A stretch of 64,000 bases of DNA from the human T2T-CHM13v2.0 reference genome, Homo sapiens. The translations under genes were made by a program, and so were the position numbers. Location of the stretch: NCBI RefSeq assembly GCF_009914755.1, contig NC_060927.1; one strand, written 5' to 3'. The notes beneath the pieces were generated by a model. It had not been told where the DNA came from. It made no database searches and was given only the letters and a program-made list of their open reading frames with translations. Below, piece by piece: positions 40,073-54,800 of the stretch; positions within the stretch are counted from its first letter, which is position 1; each line of letters starts with the position of its first letter.

Positions 40073-40766
40073 TAAATTATTAAATGAGCCTCTTATTTTT
40101 AGAAGGATCAAATAGAATATTACAATCAAAGTTATTAATCCAACACTTCTAAGAAAGCCATTGTGAAATGCAGATACCTTCCCTGACGTCTTAAACTGTC
40201 TCCTGTATTTTTTTTCTACTAATCGTTTGCATGTTTACTTTTTATAGAGAGTCTTAGTAACTGGGTAGTTACCCAATTAATAAATTATACTTTAACAGTT
40301 CTGCTTTTCAGATCACAAAGAGATACTGGCTAAGGTGGAAAAATAGCAAATAAAAATTATTGTTGTCAAATAAGCCAATTATGTTTTAATGCAGCTATGT
40401 ATTCATTTACAGTCAATACTTGGCCTTCGTTTTGTTCCAGTTTCCTATTTATTTGAAATATACTATTTATTTGATGGGTTTTTTGATCCTAGTACTTTGC
40501 ATGCCATAATTAACATTAAGACTACAAAATTTAGATATTTCAATATACTTAACAAATAAGATAAGGAATACTCTTAAACAATGAAATAAATTGTAATGAA
40601 TGAAATGAAATAATATGTAAATGGTCAGCATATTCCAAAGAAGAGTTAGGTATAAGTTTGTAGCAGCATACATTTAAGTAATCTTTTCCATACATTTAAT
40701 TAATTCTTTAGGTTTTTGGAAGTGGAACATACATAAAACCTTTTAAATTTAACATTTATTTTGCAG

Positions 40767-40826
40767 GGACAGGATGATACTTTTGAAAATGGAGCAGGAA
40801 ATTATTGATTTCATTGCTGACAACAA
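40767..40826 (+). CDS. ARPP21: ARPP21 long-isoform exon (DRMILLKMEQEIIDFIADNN), R3H domain N-terminal helix
   Basis: ttttgcag|G acceptor, CAA|gtatgt donor, 60 nt, phase 2-2. Confidence 0.95.
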
Positions 40827-41458
40827 GTATGTTAAACTTCAATGCTGGTTAATTTGATCATGTATCCTAGTTTGGTATTGGAGTTAAATTGTCCATTCTG
40901 GAAAGACTTAGGGATAGATAAAACATTGTTTAATATGTTCCTTGATTTGTTAAATGGAGACATTATTGGAGTTAGGACTATACGCTGATGAGAATTGTTG
41001 CTTGGACCATGTGTGCTTCTGCTTGTTAAATTCCTGACAAAATGGCTATAAACAGTGGGCCACTGATTAGCATAGAGTAGCTGTAACAAGAAGAGACCCT
41101 TTTCATTTTTATTATAGTTTTTTAATGGGCTCCAGCTGGCTGCAGTCAGTTATGCCTGGAAATAATTGTGCTGCTTCAGTATAAACCGTGTAATGACACA
41201 TCTCCATATAGACATCTGCAATCACGTATTATGTCACATCATTTGTCCTGTGCCTGGCCCCGTTGATAAGGTATCATGGACTAAAATACAATACTGTCCA
41301 ACAGACATTACATTCTCTTTGGCAAGAGAAATGTGCAACTATGAAACAAAGATGTTTATTGTGGCTTAATCAATAAATCTATAATAAGTAGAAAATTTTT
41401 CTAGAAATTAGGACATTAAGTGATGCCAGAAATGCAATAGGCTTAGTGGTTTAGATGA

Positions 41459-41692
<234 letters not shown>

Positions 41693-42114
41693 TAAGCCCC
41701 ATCACTGTACTTATTTAGCATTTTCTTTTTCTCCTATGGATTCATTTATAAGATCACAGTATAAAATTCACAGTACATGACATTTAAAATGTGCAGTGTT
41801 ATTTATCTCTTGCTCTTATCAGAAGTAGTGTGGCATTTATCTGTAGAAGATTATCTGAGAACCAAGAAAGTTTATAAAATTCAGACAATAAAGTGGATTT
41901 ATTTCCTGCTCTTTTACATAGCTCCTGAAACATAATTTTCTTTCTTCCATCAGTACTCTATGAAATTACATACAAAGCTGTGAAAAATTTTGTCAAAATA
42001 TAACTTAAATTAAAAACAATAGATATTTTTAAATGACCATGACATACACAGAATAATTGTTATTTTCTTTCTTCTTTCTTCTGCTTTTTTAGACATCTAT
42101 CTTATTGTAGTTTC

Positions 42115-42290
42115 TGGAGTAATAAAAAGCTCCGAACCTAGAGGCAGAAATCCTGCCTCTAAAACCCAATTCTACTTACTAGTTGTGTGACTTGGAGCAA
42201 GTCATTTAAAATCTGCCATCTCAGTTTTTTCACCTGTAAAATGAGAGTTTTAAGCTAGATGAAACATCTAAGACTTAGCTCTAAAAAGAG
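42115..42290 (+). mobile_element. MIR/MIR3 SINE
   Basis: acttactagttgtgtgacttggagcaagtcattta...tctcagtttttt cacctgtaaaatgag. Confidence 0.75.
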
Positions 42291-43409
42291 GATGACAAGT
42301 TTTTTCCCCCTAAAATAATTGTTTGTTTTTCTCTTAATACCGGTTCATTGTTTCACTGAGTCACCAAAAGCATAATAACATGAGTAGTCATTTGCTTTGA
42401 AGCTTGGAGCTGTTTTTCTTGAACCTATATATCTTTGGAGTACCATACAAGCCAATTTTATAACAAAAGGCATGTTAAACTAAAAAAACTGCCCACATAA
42501 AGCATCCATTTTTATAATTTTCTTTTTTCACAATGTGCTTGGTAAACCGTAAATTGCATGCTCTTTAGAAATGTTACTGAAGGGAGCTTTTGTGTCAAGC
42601 AGAGTATCATGGTTAAAATACTCTATATTTTCTGCTCACCAGAGGTTGGGACAAGTGGGGATGGAGATGAGGCGCTTTCTCAACTCAAGCATCAGTCTGT
42701 GCTCAGCAGAGGTCGGGGGAAAGTCATAGTGAAGAGAGCACAAACTGAGAGATCTGGGACCAAGCATGGCTATTATTAATATCTCAGGGACAATGAGCAC
42801 TCCACTTCTGTGGGCTTCAAATTACTTATATATCTGCAGGATAGTTTGAACTGAATCGTGTTTAAGGGCCCTTGAAGTTTCAGAATCATTCAGTCCTGTA
42901 GTTGCATTCTACTGTGTTAGCAAAACACATTTTAAAAATTTATCAGGTTCCTATTTTATCTGGTTGTTTACACATGTGCCTCGTATTTGAATAGTAGTAA
43001 AAATTAAAGGTAACTTTTAGAATCCTTTATATCTTCCCTCTCCATGCAATACTCTTTGTTGTTGTTGTGTTGTTGTTTCTTATTCTTCATTTTTTAATGG
43101 CTTTTAGATATCATCATGCAGGGACATGCTGATTGCAAAATAGAAAAGCAGTTGACTACTTCCTTTTAATTTTTTTCTTCTTCTTTGTCTATAAGGTCAT
43201 AGCAAACATGGAAAACTCCCATAGTTCAAGTATATTAAATGTGATACAGTTTCAACTGGTGGACAGTAGATTTATTTTTAACTTACACCAATTTTGCAAT
43301 CACATAGTCATAAATACTGGTACATATGTTTTAGACATGTTTCCTCGGAGAATGGCTTTGAGAAAATTAAGCATTATATCAAGACTCCTGGTCATCTTTG
43401 AGTGCTGGC

Positions 43410-43602
43410 TCTAAACCTGATCTGCCCGGTATGGTAGCCAAATATGGCTATTTACATTTCAATTCACATTTATTAAATTTATATAAAATTTAAACTTTAA
43501 AATTCAGTTCCTCTATCAGGTGAGCCACATTTCAAGCAGCTATTGGATAGAGCAGATATGGAACACTGATATGATTTTAGAACTTTCTATTGATCAGCTC
43601 TT
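43410..43602. mobile_element. MER3/MER33-like hAT-Charlie relic
   Basis: atggtagcca...tggctattta...aaaattcagttcctc...agccacatttcaag...tattggatagagcagata. Confidence 0.65.
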
Positions 43603-45574
43603 TTTAAATCCTTGTGTTTCCTGCAAGTTCCCAAATACCACTGGAGAACATAATTTGTCCTTTAAAACTTTTATTTTCTGGCTAGTAGGTATCATATTAC
43701 TAGAATTTTTCACTTCTAGAAGAGTGCCAGCTTTTTTTTTAATTAATGGCCATTTAAAAATAGATGCCACATGTTTATACCTTTAGGAAGAGTTGAAAGT
43801 AAGTGTGTGCAGAGAACACCCTCTCGAAGGTACAACTGCTACAACAGGAAGGCCAGGGCTCAGTCTCTGGCTAACTCCTTACTCTTACACACCGCCATTT
43901 AGACACCCTTTCGTGAGTCAAAGCAAATCATGCCTAAATAAAAAAGGCAAATGACTGTATGTCATGGACTTTCAAGGTATTTACTGAAGTGTTGAGCTCA
44001 ATAATGTTCAATTCATAGCTGTCATGTTCTACTGTTCTATTCTAACTACACTTCTGACCATCCTCTATTTGAGTGGCTGTTGAGGTATGGTGGTGGTTCA
44101 TCCTCTATTTGAGTAGTTCTTGAGGTGGGGGTGGATAACTGATGTATTTTAGCACACGAAAAAAGAGGATGAATTAAATCTCTGTATCCAAATAGGAACA
44201 AATCACAGTTTTCAGAACCTGAATCATTGTCAGCAATTTTAGTGAAAAGAAGTGTTGTTTTGTGGAAAATTATGTTTGATTTTAAAAGTCTGTTGCCATG
44301 CTCTTTGGGGTTGAAGTTCAAAATGGGGCATTATATTCAAAACATTCTATTTAAGTTCTAAGTGTCTTGGTTTTTTTGGTTTTGTGAAAAACTTCAGAGT
44401 TGTCTTATCAGGGCAATCAACATGTGTTGGTCATGGGAACCATATTAACTTCAAAATATTTCTGGATTGAAATGTCTTCATTTATTTAAAGGAGGGAATA
44501 CTGAGATGAGAATCCCATGTGAGTTTTGTGTTTGGGGAATACCTTTTCAATATCTAGAGTTTTAATGCTACTCCAGTGCAAACACATGAAATGCATATTT
44601 TAATGGCACTATAGTCTGAGAGAAATGCAGAAAAATGTGGATTGAGGGTATTTTTGTTTACTAAGAGGTAGAGGGAAAAAAAACTTCCTTTTATATTGTT
44701 CTTCTTCAGTGACACTTCAATACTACTCTGACATCATTGTTTAAATAATTGTAACTATTTCAGCTCCTTATTGGCTAGAATTTATTTCCCAGAATCCTGA
44801 TTTTCTAGATGATAGGCAGGTTAAGTAACTATAGAATGTGACTTGAGAAGGTTGGGTTTTTCATGGAGAAGAAAGAATTTCACATAAAGTTCAAAATATT
44901 CAGATCATAACAATACATTCTGTGAGGATTACATATGTGTGTGTACTGCACTGACCTCTGGTATTTTTAATAATATACCCAGATATAATCTATCTGCTCT
45001 TTTATGATGAAAACAACTTGTCTCAGGATATACTTCTGTTTGTTAGATATCATCCCTTACTTATAATAACATTGCCTACAGCTAATTCATTTCGCCAAGC
45101 ACTTTACATCTTGTAATAATATACATTTTCATGAGGTAAATGTATATTATTACATTTAATACAAAAAAAACCTTACCATATAAATAATTAAAGCTTCATT
45201 TTGCAGAAGAAGAAAATTAGGCACAAACTGAGTTTTAGTTTGGGGCTTACAGGGAAGCAATGGTTAGCATGACTGGGACCTAAACCAATGTGTCTAATAT
45301 CAAAAAGATTTTTTTTAATAATCTTATTCTCTTAAAGCAAAAATACCCAGAAATTATTGAGCAGAGCCTTCAAGAAGAGTCCCTGGATTGGCTAAAAATT
45401 GCAATCCTTTTAAGTCCTTTGTTGTCTGATAAAAAACAGTGATTGATGGACAAGATATTTTTGAAGATTAACTCAATGGTATCATTAAGTAACAGAGCCT
45501 CCCTACAACTTGATAGGTCTTGCTAGATTTGCTGTGCTTATTACTGCCACAAGATGTGATTTTTTGAAGGAAAG

Positions 45575-45695
45575 CATATATATATGCATTATATATAAAT
45601 ATATATTTAGATATTATACATAATATATATATTTATATAAATGTATATTATATATAAAGTTTAAATAAATATGAAGTTTAAATAAATATAAAAAT
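45575..45695. repeat. AT-rich low-complexity (TA)n-like tract
   Basis: Almost exclusively A/T, with an internal aagtttaaataaatat duplication. Confidence 0.85.
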
Positions 45696-46464
45696 GTAAG
45701 CTTTACTCCATTTCACTCTTTTTTTCTAAGAATGAAAAAGCCATATTTATTAATTATGTTCGTAAGAGGGGGTGAACCTCTTCATTTTGTTATTACAAAA
45801 CTACTGCCACAGCAATCTGATTGTTCAACTCCATAGACTTATGCCACATCTACAAGAGCATCAAGTGCGGTGAGAAGCAATGAGACAAGATGGAAAGATA
45901 GTTGAAGTAAAGTCAACTGTCTAGAGATTTTACATTAATACATTCCAGGTTTCTGTAAATTACCTGATAAGAGCAGAGATGTTATGTTTTTGCAGTCATA
46001 TAATATACACAGACAAAACTTTCCAGATACTGAAAACATATTTCCAGCAACTACAACTCACCAACAACAGACTTCAGTGGCGGTGGTCACACAAAAAATT
46101 ACAAGATGGGATTCATGTCCTCAAACGTTTTACACTATAGTTATAGTGGGGGAATAACTTCAGAATCTCAGTCCTCTTAAAACTTGAAAAATGTAGTGCA
46201 ACTCTTTGTAGATCCAAAGTAGACACGTAACAAATGTCTGGACAATAGCTCCATAACTGAAGGAACAGTATACCAAACATCCAGCAGAATGTATGTAACA
46301 GATTCATTGGGGACTACCTGCCCATCCATTTCATGGTTCAAATAGGCATTTAGGAAGGCTTTGAGAAAGGGTAAGACTTAAACAAATGTAGTAAGGAGGG
46401 GGATACATGGCAAGCTGGAGTATGGGCTATAAACGAACATAAGATAAAAATCTCTACATTTTTT

Positions 46465-46690
46465 TAACATTTACTAAGAGCTGGGCATTTTGTTGAGATG
46501 GTTGTGTTAGGTTTTCAGAGCCACCTAATGAAAAGGATTTTTTAAAATTATTTTTCTAACTTTACTGAAGAGAATATGTACCAAAGGGAAATTAGTGAAT
46601 TGTCTAAAGTCATACTGCTGCACAGTGGCAGCAGGATGCTAATTCAGGATATTTGACCTCAAATCCAGGAGACTTTAAAATAATGCTCTA
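46465..46690 (-). mobile_element. Degenerate MIR SINE
   Basis: aacatttactaagag...tgaattgtctaaagtcatactgct...agtggcagcagga..aattcagg..tttgacctcaaa. Confidence 0.55.
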
Positions 46691-49600
46691 CTGGCTGGAG
46701 GCAAATATGGAGAGAATGATATTGTCAATGACAGTAGGAGGCTACATAAGATTGAATAGAATCTTGAAGGCGGGCAGCTCTTAGAGCTTTAGAACATGAG
46801 GCTTGATGTGTATAACCTGATACTTTAGAAAGGTTAGTCTGGTATTGACTAATGGGATGTATTCAAAAGGAAATGACCAAGAGTAGAAAGACTTAGGTGA
46901 GTGCTGCTGTCACCAAGGCATGGGGCTGGAACATTTATGAAAAGTAGGAAATAATATTTGTGTTCATTTGGGAAACAGTTCAAGGTGGTACTGTCACCTG
47001 AGCAAACTGATGCCTTTAGAGAATTAGTAAAGGAAGTCATCTTTCCTCTGCAGCACTGCATTTTTGTTGGTGCTCAGAGCCAACCAGAGTAAGAACAGAT
47101 TTGTGTATGTGACCAGTAGCCTCCAACTACACTTTTTGGTCTACAAATTGGGTCTTAATAGCTGGGACTCCTGTAACAAATAGAGTCACTGAGCTGAGAA
47201 GCCCTCCACGTTGTGTTCCTTCATCTTTAGTTAGTTCCTGTCTTCTATCCCATTGTAGGTTGCCAGAAATATGTTTTGCTCTGACACTTTTTTATTTTTT
47301 TATGGAATTTTTTGTCAGCTGTCAGATTAGGTGATGCTGCTGAATGAGACCCTTGCCAGGGTGAAGGTATTAGGGTCCATGTTATTTTGATATTATAAAT
47401 GATATTTATAATAGATTTACTCTACATAATGTTACATTTTTGATATTTAGGATTTAGGTTAAAAATATGAATAGTGATCTTATCAAAATATTTTAAATGC
47501 CACAAATATGTGTGTCTTTCTATATAAGAAATTTTGCCCTTCTCTTTCTCTCACTTTCTGATCTTCAGTTTCTCTCTCTTTTACTCATTTTCTGTGTTTG
47601 ACACAAAGCAGTTTATTGTTGTCCTGTTAGATATATTTTTAACCTTCCTCTTCTTCATCCCAGAGAAAGGAAGCACACTTAGAGTGTACCATTGGAGACT
47701 AGAAACCATCCTCTTGCACAAGTGTTTTCCAAAAAGCCAAGATCAGCCACAGGCAATGAGAATCCCATGTATTATCTGAATGTTTTTGCATATGTCAGAG
47801 CAACTGTTTAACTCATCCCAGATAATTTTCATGTTAAAAGATTGTCATCTTTTGAACATTTTTTGTCTTGTCTTTTACATCCACCCACTGTCATTGCCTC
47901 AAATCCCCTGCTCTGACAGTGCAGAGCAAATAAAGGAAATAGCAAATCCACTGAAAGAGAGTGGATACAGGCCCTAGAAACTGTGAAACAAAAATAGTGG
48001 CCGACAGGCATTGGTTTGAGGCTATACCTTAAGTGCCCAAGGACATATCCAGTGATCCTGAGAAGTGTGAGCCTGGGTATTTTGCCTGGAGTGATGAATG
48101 GTGTGTAGTGACTATGGCAGTTTGTTTGTTGTATGTTCCAGAAAGGATGAGTAACTGAGTTGGCTGTTTGGTAAATCATAAAAGCCATGAAACTCATTCT
48201 AGAACTAAACAAAGCTTCCCTATAGATAGAGCAATGGAAACCAATTGATTTTATTAAGAACCCCTGAAGTGATGGATAGTTATTACTACATCAGAAAGGA
48301 GGATCATGGGACTTTCCACTTTCTCAGTGGGTAGACCCAGACAACAGTGTACAGCAGTATGCCAAGGTCACAGAACATCTACTGTGCTTAGTTTTCTGAA
48401 GAGGCTAAAGCTGAAAATGGGAATCCTCGGTGTTTGGCCCTTAAGCATTTCACTCCCTGCAGGTGATTAAGTACATTTATAACAAAACAAAATAAAGCAA
48501 AATATGCTTTTCCTTCCGTGTTTATTATATTTATCTTCCTTTGGCTAGGAATGTGCGTGGCTCTGTGAATAAACTGAGCATCATCCTGATGTGGATGCTT
48601 CCTTAATCATCCTCTGAAGAAGACCAAGCATCAATTTATTTAAGTGCCTCTTAAAAATCTATGAGTGGTTGGTTGGCATCCTGTCATTTCTAAACATGGT
48701 AAATTTACTCTGCACTTTTTACAGGAATGGCAGTGAAAATCATCTGACTAGTTGCCAAAGATCAGAAACCTAAGAATCACATTGTTCTCAGGAAAACTAT
48801 GAAACTTTATTTACTGAGCAAGACACTTCGTTTTTTAATCTATACTCAGGCTCAAAATGAGACGTATTTGTTCACATTGGTCAAACTCCATGTCATTTTC
48901 TTCAAATATTATATTTTCTCCATATTATTATTCTCAAATACCTTAGAGAATATAAGATTCTGTAGATGAGATAGGTAAATACTAGAAATATACCGTAAGA
49001 AGGAACATAAGTTTGTCGTATTCCTTTCCCTACTCGAAATTATTTATGAGCCTTTGAGTGTGAATGTATAATTAACTATTTTGAAAATGAAACATGCGTA
49101 TATGTTCTATAACATAGTATCCTTAATATAATATTTTATAGAGATTTTCTGTGGAGTCATGATATGTTTAATAATTTTATCTATTTATTTATCTATTTTA
49201 CTCATGACATCCTAGGTAGATAAAGCTAAGCCATTTTAAAGGAGAGAAAACTGAGATCCATCTCTTGTTCTTATCTAGTCAATTCACAGAAGACCAAGAT
49301 CAAAATTCAGTACTACTGTCACTCAGCCATGACTCTTCTCCTAAAGTTAGAGAAAGAGGAATTAACATTAACAGGCTTAATACTCTTAAATAATGATGAA
49401 AGAGAAACAGAAGTAAACCAAGCACTGTTCTTTAACTCGTACCTATTGATTCACTTATACAAATTCTAATTTGCATTTTATTGCCTTTAAAATTCAGCAG
49501 AGAACCAAATTAAACAACATCGGTACTAAGTTAGATGGTAAAAATATGATGCCAAAAAAAAGTCTCCAGAATCACCGGACACACTGGATTCACAATTGCC

Positions 49601-50739
49601 TTGGCATACTTAGAAGTGACACAAAACTGTTTCATGTTCTTAAATTATGTCAGATGAAAATCATTTCTCAAGTGTTCGGTACTGCGCTTTGAACAAAAGA
49701 AGTATAGCCTATAGCACATGTTAATTCTTTTCACAGTTTATTTGAGGAGCCATGACAATTTTGATCAAGACTGTGTGTGTGTGTATGTGTGTGAATACAT
49801 AGTATGTAACTACAGGAGTGTCTGTGTGTGTAAATACATACTACGTATCATACAGTTTAGAAGTTAAAAGTTCATCATACATATACCTACTAGAGATAGT
49901 ATTGTCCTAAATGTATAATAGTTTTGGAAGAAGCAAGATTATTGTGGCTTGATTTCCTCAATCTGCATCTTTGCTTGCTATAGGCAGGAGAATTATGCCC
50001 AGTACCTGAGGGTTTCCCTTGTGTCTTCTAAATTCTCCTGTAGGGCTGACAGTGATTTTAGCACTTGTACTTTGGGAAGTTTTAGAGAATACTTGAAGGT
50101 GAGATTCTGGTTGTGTATAATGAATATGATAATAATAATAACATGTTTTAATGTTCAGTACAACTCTTCAAACAATAAATTGGAATCTATCAAGAGCAGT
50201 GCACATTTATGTAACACATTTTATCCCACAACCTGACTTCTTTCAATGTACAGCCCTTCAGGTACCACAGTGTTCTCAGAGGAGCATAGCCTTTAACTTC
50301 CCAATCTTCACTTCCCACCTTCTGGGCTTCAAGCCAGAAAAATGAAAAAAATATATATAGCTTTTATTTACACGTACCAAAAATATTTGGCAATTCCCTG
50401 TCAAGTAAACTACACTAGTAAGTCTGTACCTTCACTGGGACTGAAATACTGTATTTGCATATGGGCTTCAATGGAATGCTTTTTTATATAACATTACAAT
50501 ATATAAGCAGAAAGCCTTTTGTCTCAAAAAAACACAACAATTATATTCAACAGTTTCCAAAGAAAACATCACTTTCAGAAAAATATGACTGCCATATTTG
50601 GAAATACACAGATCAATCCATTATTTTAGTATTACAATACAGATTATATCTATCCTACTTAAGGTTAACTCTAAAGAAAATTTTGGATCAATAATAATGT
50701 TGTGCCTTTAGATTTTTTCTACTCAAAAAATATGAACGG

Positions 50740-50950
50740 TATAACCATAGTTTCTAAAATTTGTTAAGTGCTTTACTAGTGCCCAGCACTGGGCTTAGTA
50801 GCTTTCTCACATGATTGTGCATGTACGTAATCCTCCCAAGCAAGTTAAGTATTTTATTTTCTATTTTTTACAAGAAACCAAACAACAGCCCTCTCCCTCA
50901 GAGAGGTTAAATATATTGCAGAAAGTCACACAGTAAGATGCAGAGCTGAA
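50740..50950 (-). mobile_element. Degenerate MIR SINE
   Basis: taagtgctttactagtgcccagcactgggct...taatcctc...ctcagagaggttaaat...aagtcacacag...gcagagctg. Confidence 0.65.
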
Positions 50951-51501
50951 AAGACGTAATTGTTTTTAGGCTTGCTTCTCAGTGTTATGTCTGTATGCTT
51001 TAAACTATTTTAGCTATTGAAACTATTGCTATTTCAAATATAGTATGCTAGTTTATGCCCATTTTATATAAAGAAATTAGGTTATGTATTAAAATGCAAT
51101 GGTTGTTTTAAGGGAGTGGAGCTTTGAGTCATTGTATGTATTAATGCTACTATCATTTAATGTTCTTATAGCACTGAAATTGAAGGATGGAGAATTTAAA
51201 GAAAAAAAAAAAGTACACCAATACTTTATCCCTGATTTTAGTCAGTTTATTACCACTGATAAGAAAAGCCTGAGATTAGAAAACTTGCAAGAAATTAGTA
51301 CCCTGGAGCTGAAGAAGAAATCACTCATCATCAGTTCAGTGTTGGAAGTGAAAAGAAGTGAATTCAACATGCAAAGTATTGTGCCTTTCTGTCAAAGTAG
51401 CACCAGAGAGAAGTAAATGATCAAATATATTGAACCAAATATCACATTTGTAGATTAACACTAGATTATTTGTTTATAGGTTTACTTAGAAAATACCACT
51501 G

Positions 51502-51711
51502 GAGCTTTTGAAAATTTTATTTTACTTTTTTTATTATACTTTCAGTTCTAGGGTACATGTCGGGCAGTGGGGGGCTGGGGGAGGAATAGCATTAGGAGAA
51601 ATACCTAATATAAATGACGAGTTGATGGGTACAGCAAGCCAACATGGCACACGTATACCTATGTAACAAGCCTGCACGTTGTGCACATGTACCCTAGAGT
51701 TTTTGAAAATT
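51502..51711 (-). mobile_element. 5'-truncated, inverted L1PA 3'-end insertion (roughly L1PA5-7) including TSDs
   Basis: Poly(T) plus attatactttcagttctagggtacatgt (L1 tail, - strand) joined to a + strand L1PA 3'UTR segment (atagcattaggagaaatacctaat...gtgcacatgtaccctaga); 15-bp TSD gag(c/t)ttttgaaaatt at 51502-51516 and 51697-51711. Confidence 0.92.
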
Positions 51712-51822
51712 CAAGGAGCCTAAAATTGTCCTAGGCTAATCCTAAATCTTAATCATGATTGAGATTGGTGATAAATCGATCAATGGAATCAATTTGGTGG
51801 AATCCTCAATTTTAGGCTAATC

Positions 51823-51896
51823 CAAAACATTTCAAGTTTTACATAGGGGCCAAACAATCTGTAAAATGATCCCCATGTAAAACTTGAAATGTTTTG
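51823..51896. repeat. Perfect 22-bp inverted repeat (hairpin)
   Basis: caaaacatttcaagttttacat (51823-51844) is the exact reverse complement of 51875-51896. Confidence 0.97.
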
Positions 51897-54800
51897 ATAA
51901 TCTCAAGAACCTAGGCATATATTTGATGTTATCCTCATATTTTAGAATATATGTGTGCAGTATTTCCTAGATAATTCATATAAGATCATCCTCATATCAT
52001 TTAGAAGAATTGCTGTTCTATAAAGTAATTTTTCTACTGTAGACATTATTTTCATTTGTGGAAATTCTAAGTATATAGGTAAACTTGAAGAAATAAGTCT
52101 GTTTTGTTAAGCTAAGTATATCTATCTGACCTGTGTGACTGTTAGGTGCTGTCGCCAACACCATGCTCAATATAGATAATCAAGCTCACGCACCTAGTAT
52201 ATAATATACCAGGTCTGAATTGCGGGTGATTACTTTCCCTTTTTAAAACTTCATATTTTCCCCTTTTCTCTTATCCTTGCAATCTTTCTCTATAACATCA
52301 TTATTTAGTATTCTCCTATAGATAAGAGAAAAGAGATCTTCAGAGTGGACAGTATGATTTAGTTATTCTCATTATATTATCATTAGTAAATGGATGTTTA
52401 TATAGATAGATAAATCAAAAAGGACACAGCAATAAAGGGAGTGATTGACAGGGTAGGAGTGGTTGACATATACTAGATGGCCTTAGAAGCAGGGATCATA
52501 ATTAAATCTGATATTTTTTAAAGTAGCAGCGCAGTAGAACAATTAAGAATTGATTTGACAAAACAAAATATCTAAATACCTATTTTAGGTGATTGTAATA
52601 ATACATGCTATGAAAGAGCATGTTCTAAATATTCAAAATATGTGAATATGTTAAATATCTATTATCCAGTAATTGGATGCAAACCACTACTAAGTTGTTG
52701 AATTGGTTTTCTATCTTTTTAAGCTAATAATTTGCATTATTTTGTTGTTATACAATAATAATTATTTTCATAATCACAAATATATAAAAGGTTAAAATAA
52801 AATTGTCTGTTATCCCGCCATCAGACATACTTACTCCTAGCATTATTATTCTTACATATTATAGTTTCAACATAAATATGATCAAAGCATATTTATGTTT
52901 GTATTAATTGCTTTTCTATGTTACTCAATATTATTGGATATAATTTTATAGAGTCACATATCCTACATTACATACCTTAAATTACTTACCTAATCTACTA
53001 TAGATTTTTCACTATTTTGCTGTTGTGAATGATGGAACTCTGCATTCATTTATTATTTTCTTTGGATTCATTATTAGAAATCGAACTACTTTGTCAGGAC
53101 AAAATGATATTTAAAAATTTTTAAGTCTCCAAATCCACGTAGCCAAATTGTTTGCTACAGCAGAGGTACCGGTGTAAGAGATATCTTCCAAATGCATGTT
53201 GTTTTTAAATGTTGTGCTTAATGTTGTTGTTCATGAAAAGTCTTATGTTAAAGGAGAGTCAAAGAGTTGGTTTGCATTCCTCTGCTTATATATACAGTAC
53301 ACTATAGAAACAGAGAAGAATAAAATGAATTTTGCAAGGGTGTTTCAAAATTTGGAACAAGAGTTTGAGAGATGCTAATAAAGAACATTGGCTACTTAGC
53401 ACTGCACATATTAAGTTTATAAGGTATAGTCTCATTTAAAAGAAAATGAGGTGGTATAAAATGACAAACTGATAATGCAAATTGTGAGATACACTTATTT
53501 AAAAAGAAGAACTAAGACTTTCCTATTTTCAATAAAATACATCCAAAATGTACATACTTTTAATTGAAAATTTTTGAAATATTAAGGGAACAGTGTCATT
53601 AGATTTCTCTAATTTGTTTGACTATTAAAGTGCTTTTGATAGGTGTCTTACACCATCAAAATACTTTATACTGTTGTGCATAGAAACTTTTAATTTTATG
53701 AGATACGTATACATATTGGTAACCACCTTTCAGTTACTCAGGGTGAAATTCAAGACTTTTCTCTATGACTCTACATATTCAGTAGAATTAAATTCTTCAT
53801 TTATGTTTGGAAAATAAGGGAAGGATTAAGGTTAACTATTTGGAAGAAAAGTAATAAATCTGGTCTTAAGAACTTGACTGTAAGGTAAACTATTAAAATA
53901 CTTCAAGATAAGAAAGATTAAAAATACTAATAATAATGAGTGCTCATCTATTTCAAGCTTCAAGGGGGAAAAAACTAAAACTGGGACTGAATGACTAGAA
54001 CACAAGAGTTTGATTATCTTCACTCAGCCACACTGTTTGTCAATTCATGAGCTATGCCCAGTGAAGGAACAATGAAGAATTAATTCTGACTTTTCAGAGG
54101 TTTGATTGGGGTTGCCAAGAAATTGACCAGAAATGCCAGTGCTCTTCACTATACATGAACAATGAGTTTCACAGTAGTTATGTGCTACAAATTGTGGAAA
54201 AACATATTTTTACCTTCAGAAGAAGAAAGTATTTTTCACCTAGAATAAGCATTACATTTATTTTCCATGCTTTTTTGATGATAATATAGAGAAAGATAGA
54301 AATAATGCCATATGTACTAAAATCTACCAGAAAAAAAAAAGTTAGGCATGAATGATGCAGGGCTGTAAAATATATAGTGAAGTCTAGTCATCATTGATTT
54401 AATAAATACCACCACCTTTTGCAGTTTTGAGAATGTTTTCATCCAATTACATTCACATATTAATACATTAAAAGTTATCCATTATCATTTTAAATAAAGG
54501 TCTACAATACATTATTTTAGTTCTATTCATTTTATTGCTTAGAAATAATATTGCTACGGTGGTAAATTAACTGTGAAAGGGAGTTGAGTTTTCAAAGCTA
54601 TAATATAATGGTACATTACCAGTAATACCAGTAATTTTTAGTTTAATCACTTGCAATACTTCAGGTATATGCCTTAGTTTGCATGAGCTTAAACTGCAAA
54701 ATTGCTCTTTAGCACTATAATCATAAACAATTCTCTATAAAATCAACCTAGAAAAATTTTATTAGATTCACTTGAATTTTTAAGCAAAATTCAAATAGTT

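Noticed and set aside
48448-48468. Recursive-splice-like YnCAG|GT site in the 16-kb intron
   Set aside because: The regenerated donor GTGATT is weak, and the intron is short for recursive splicing.
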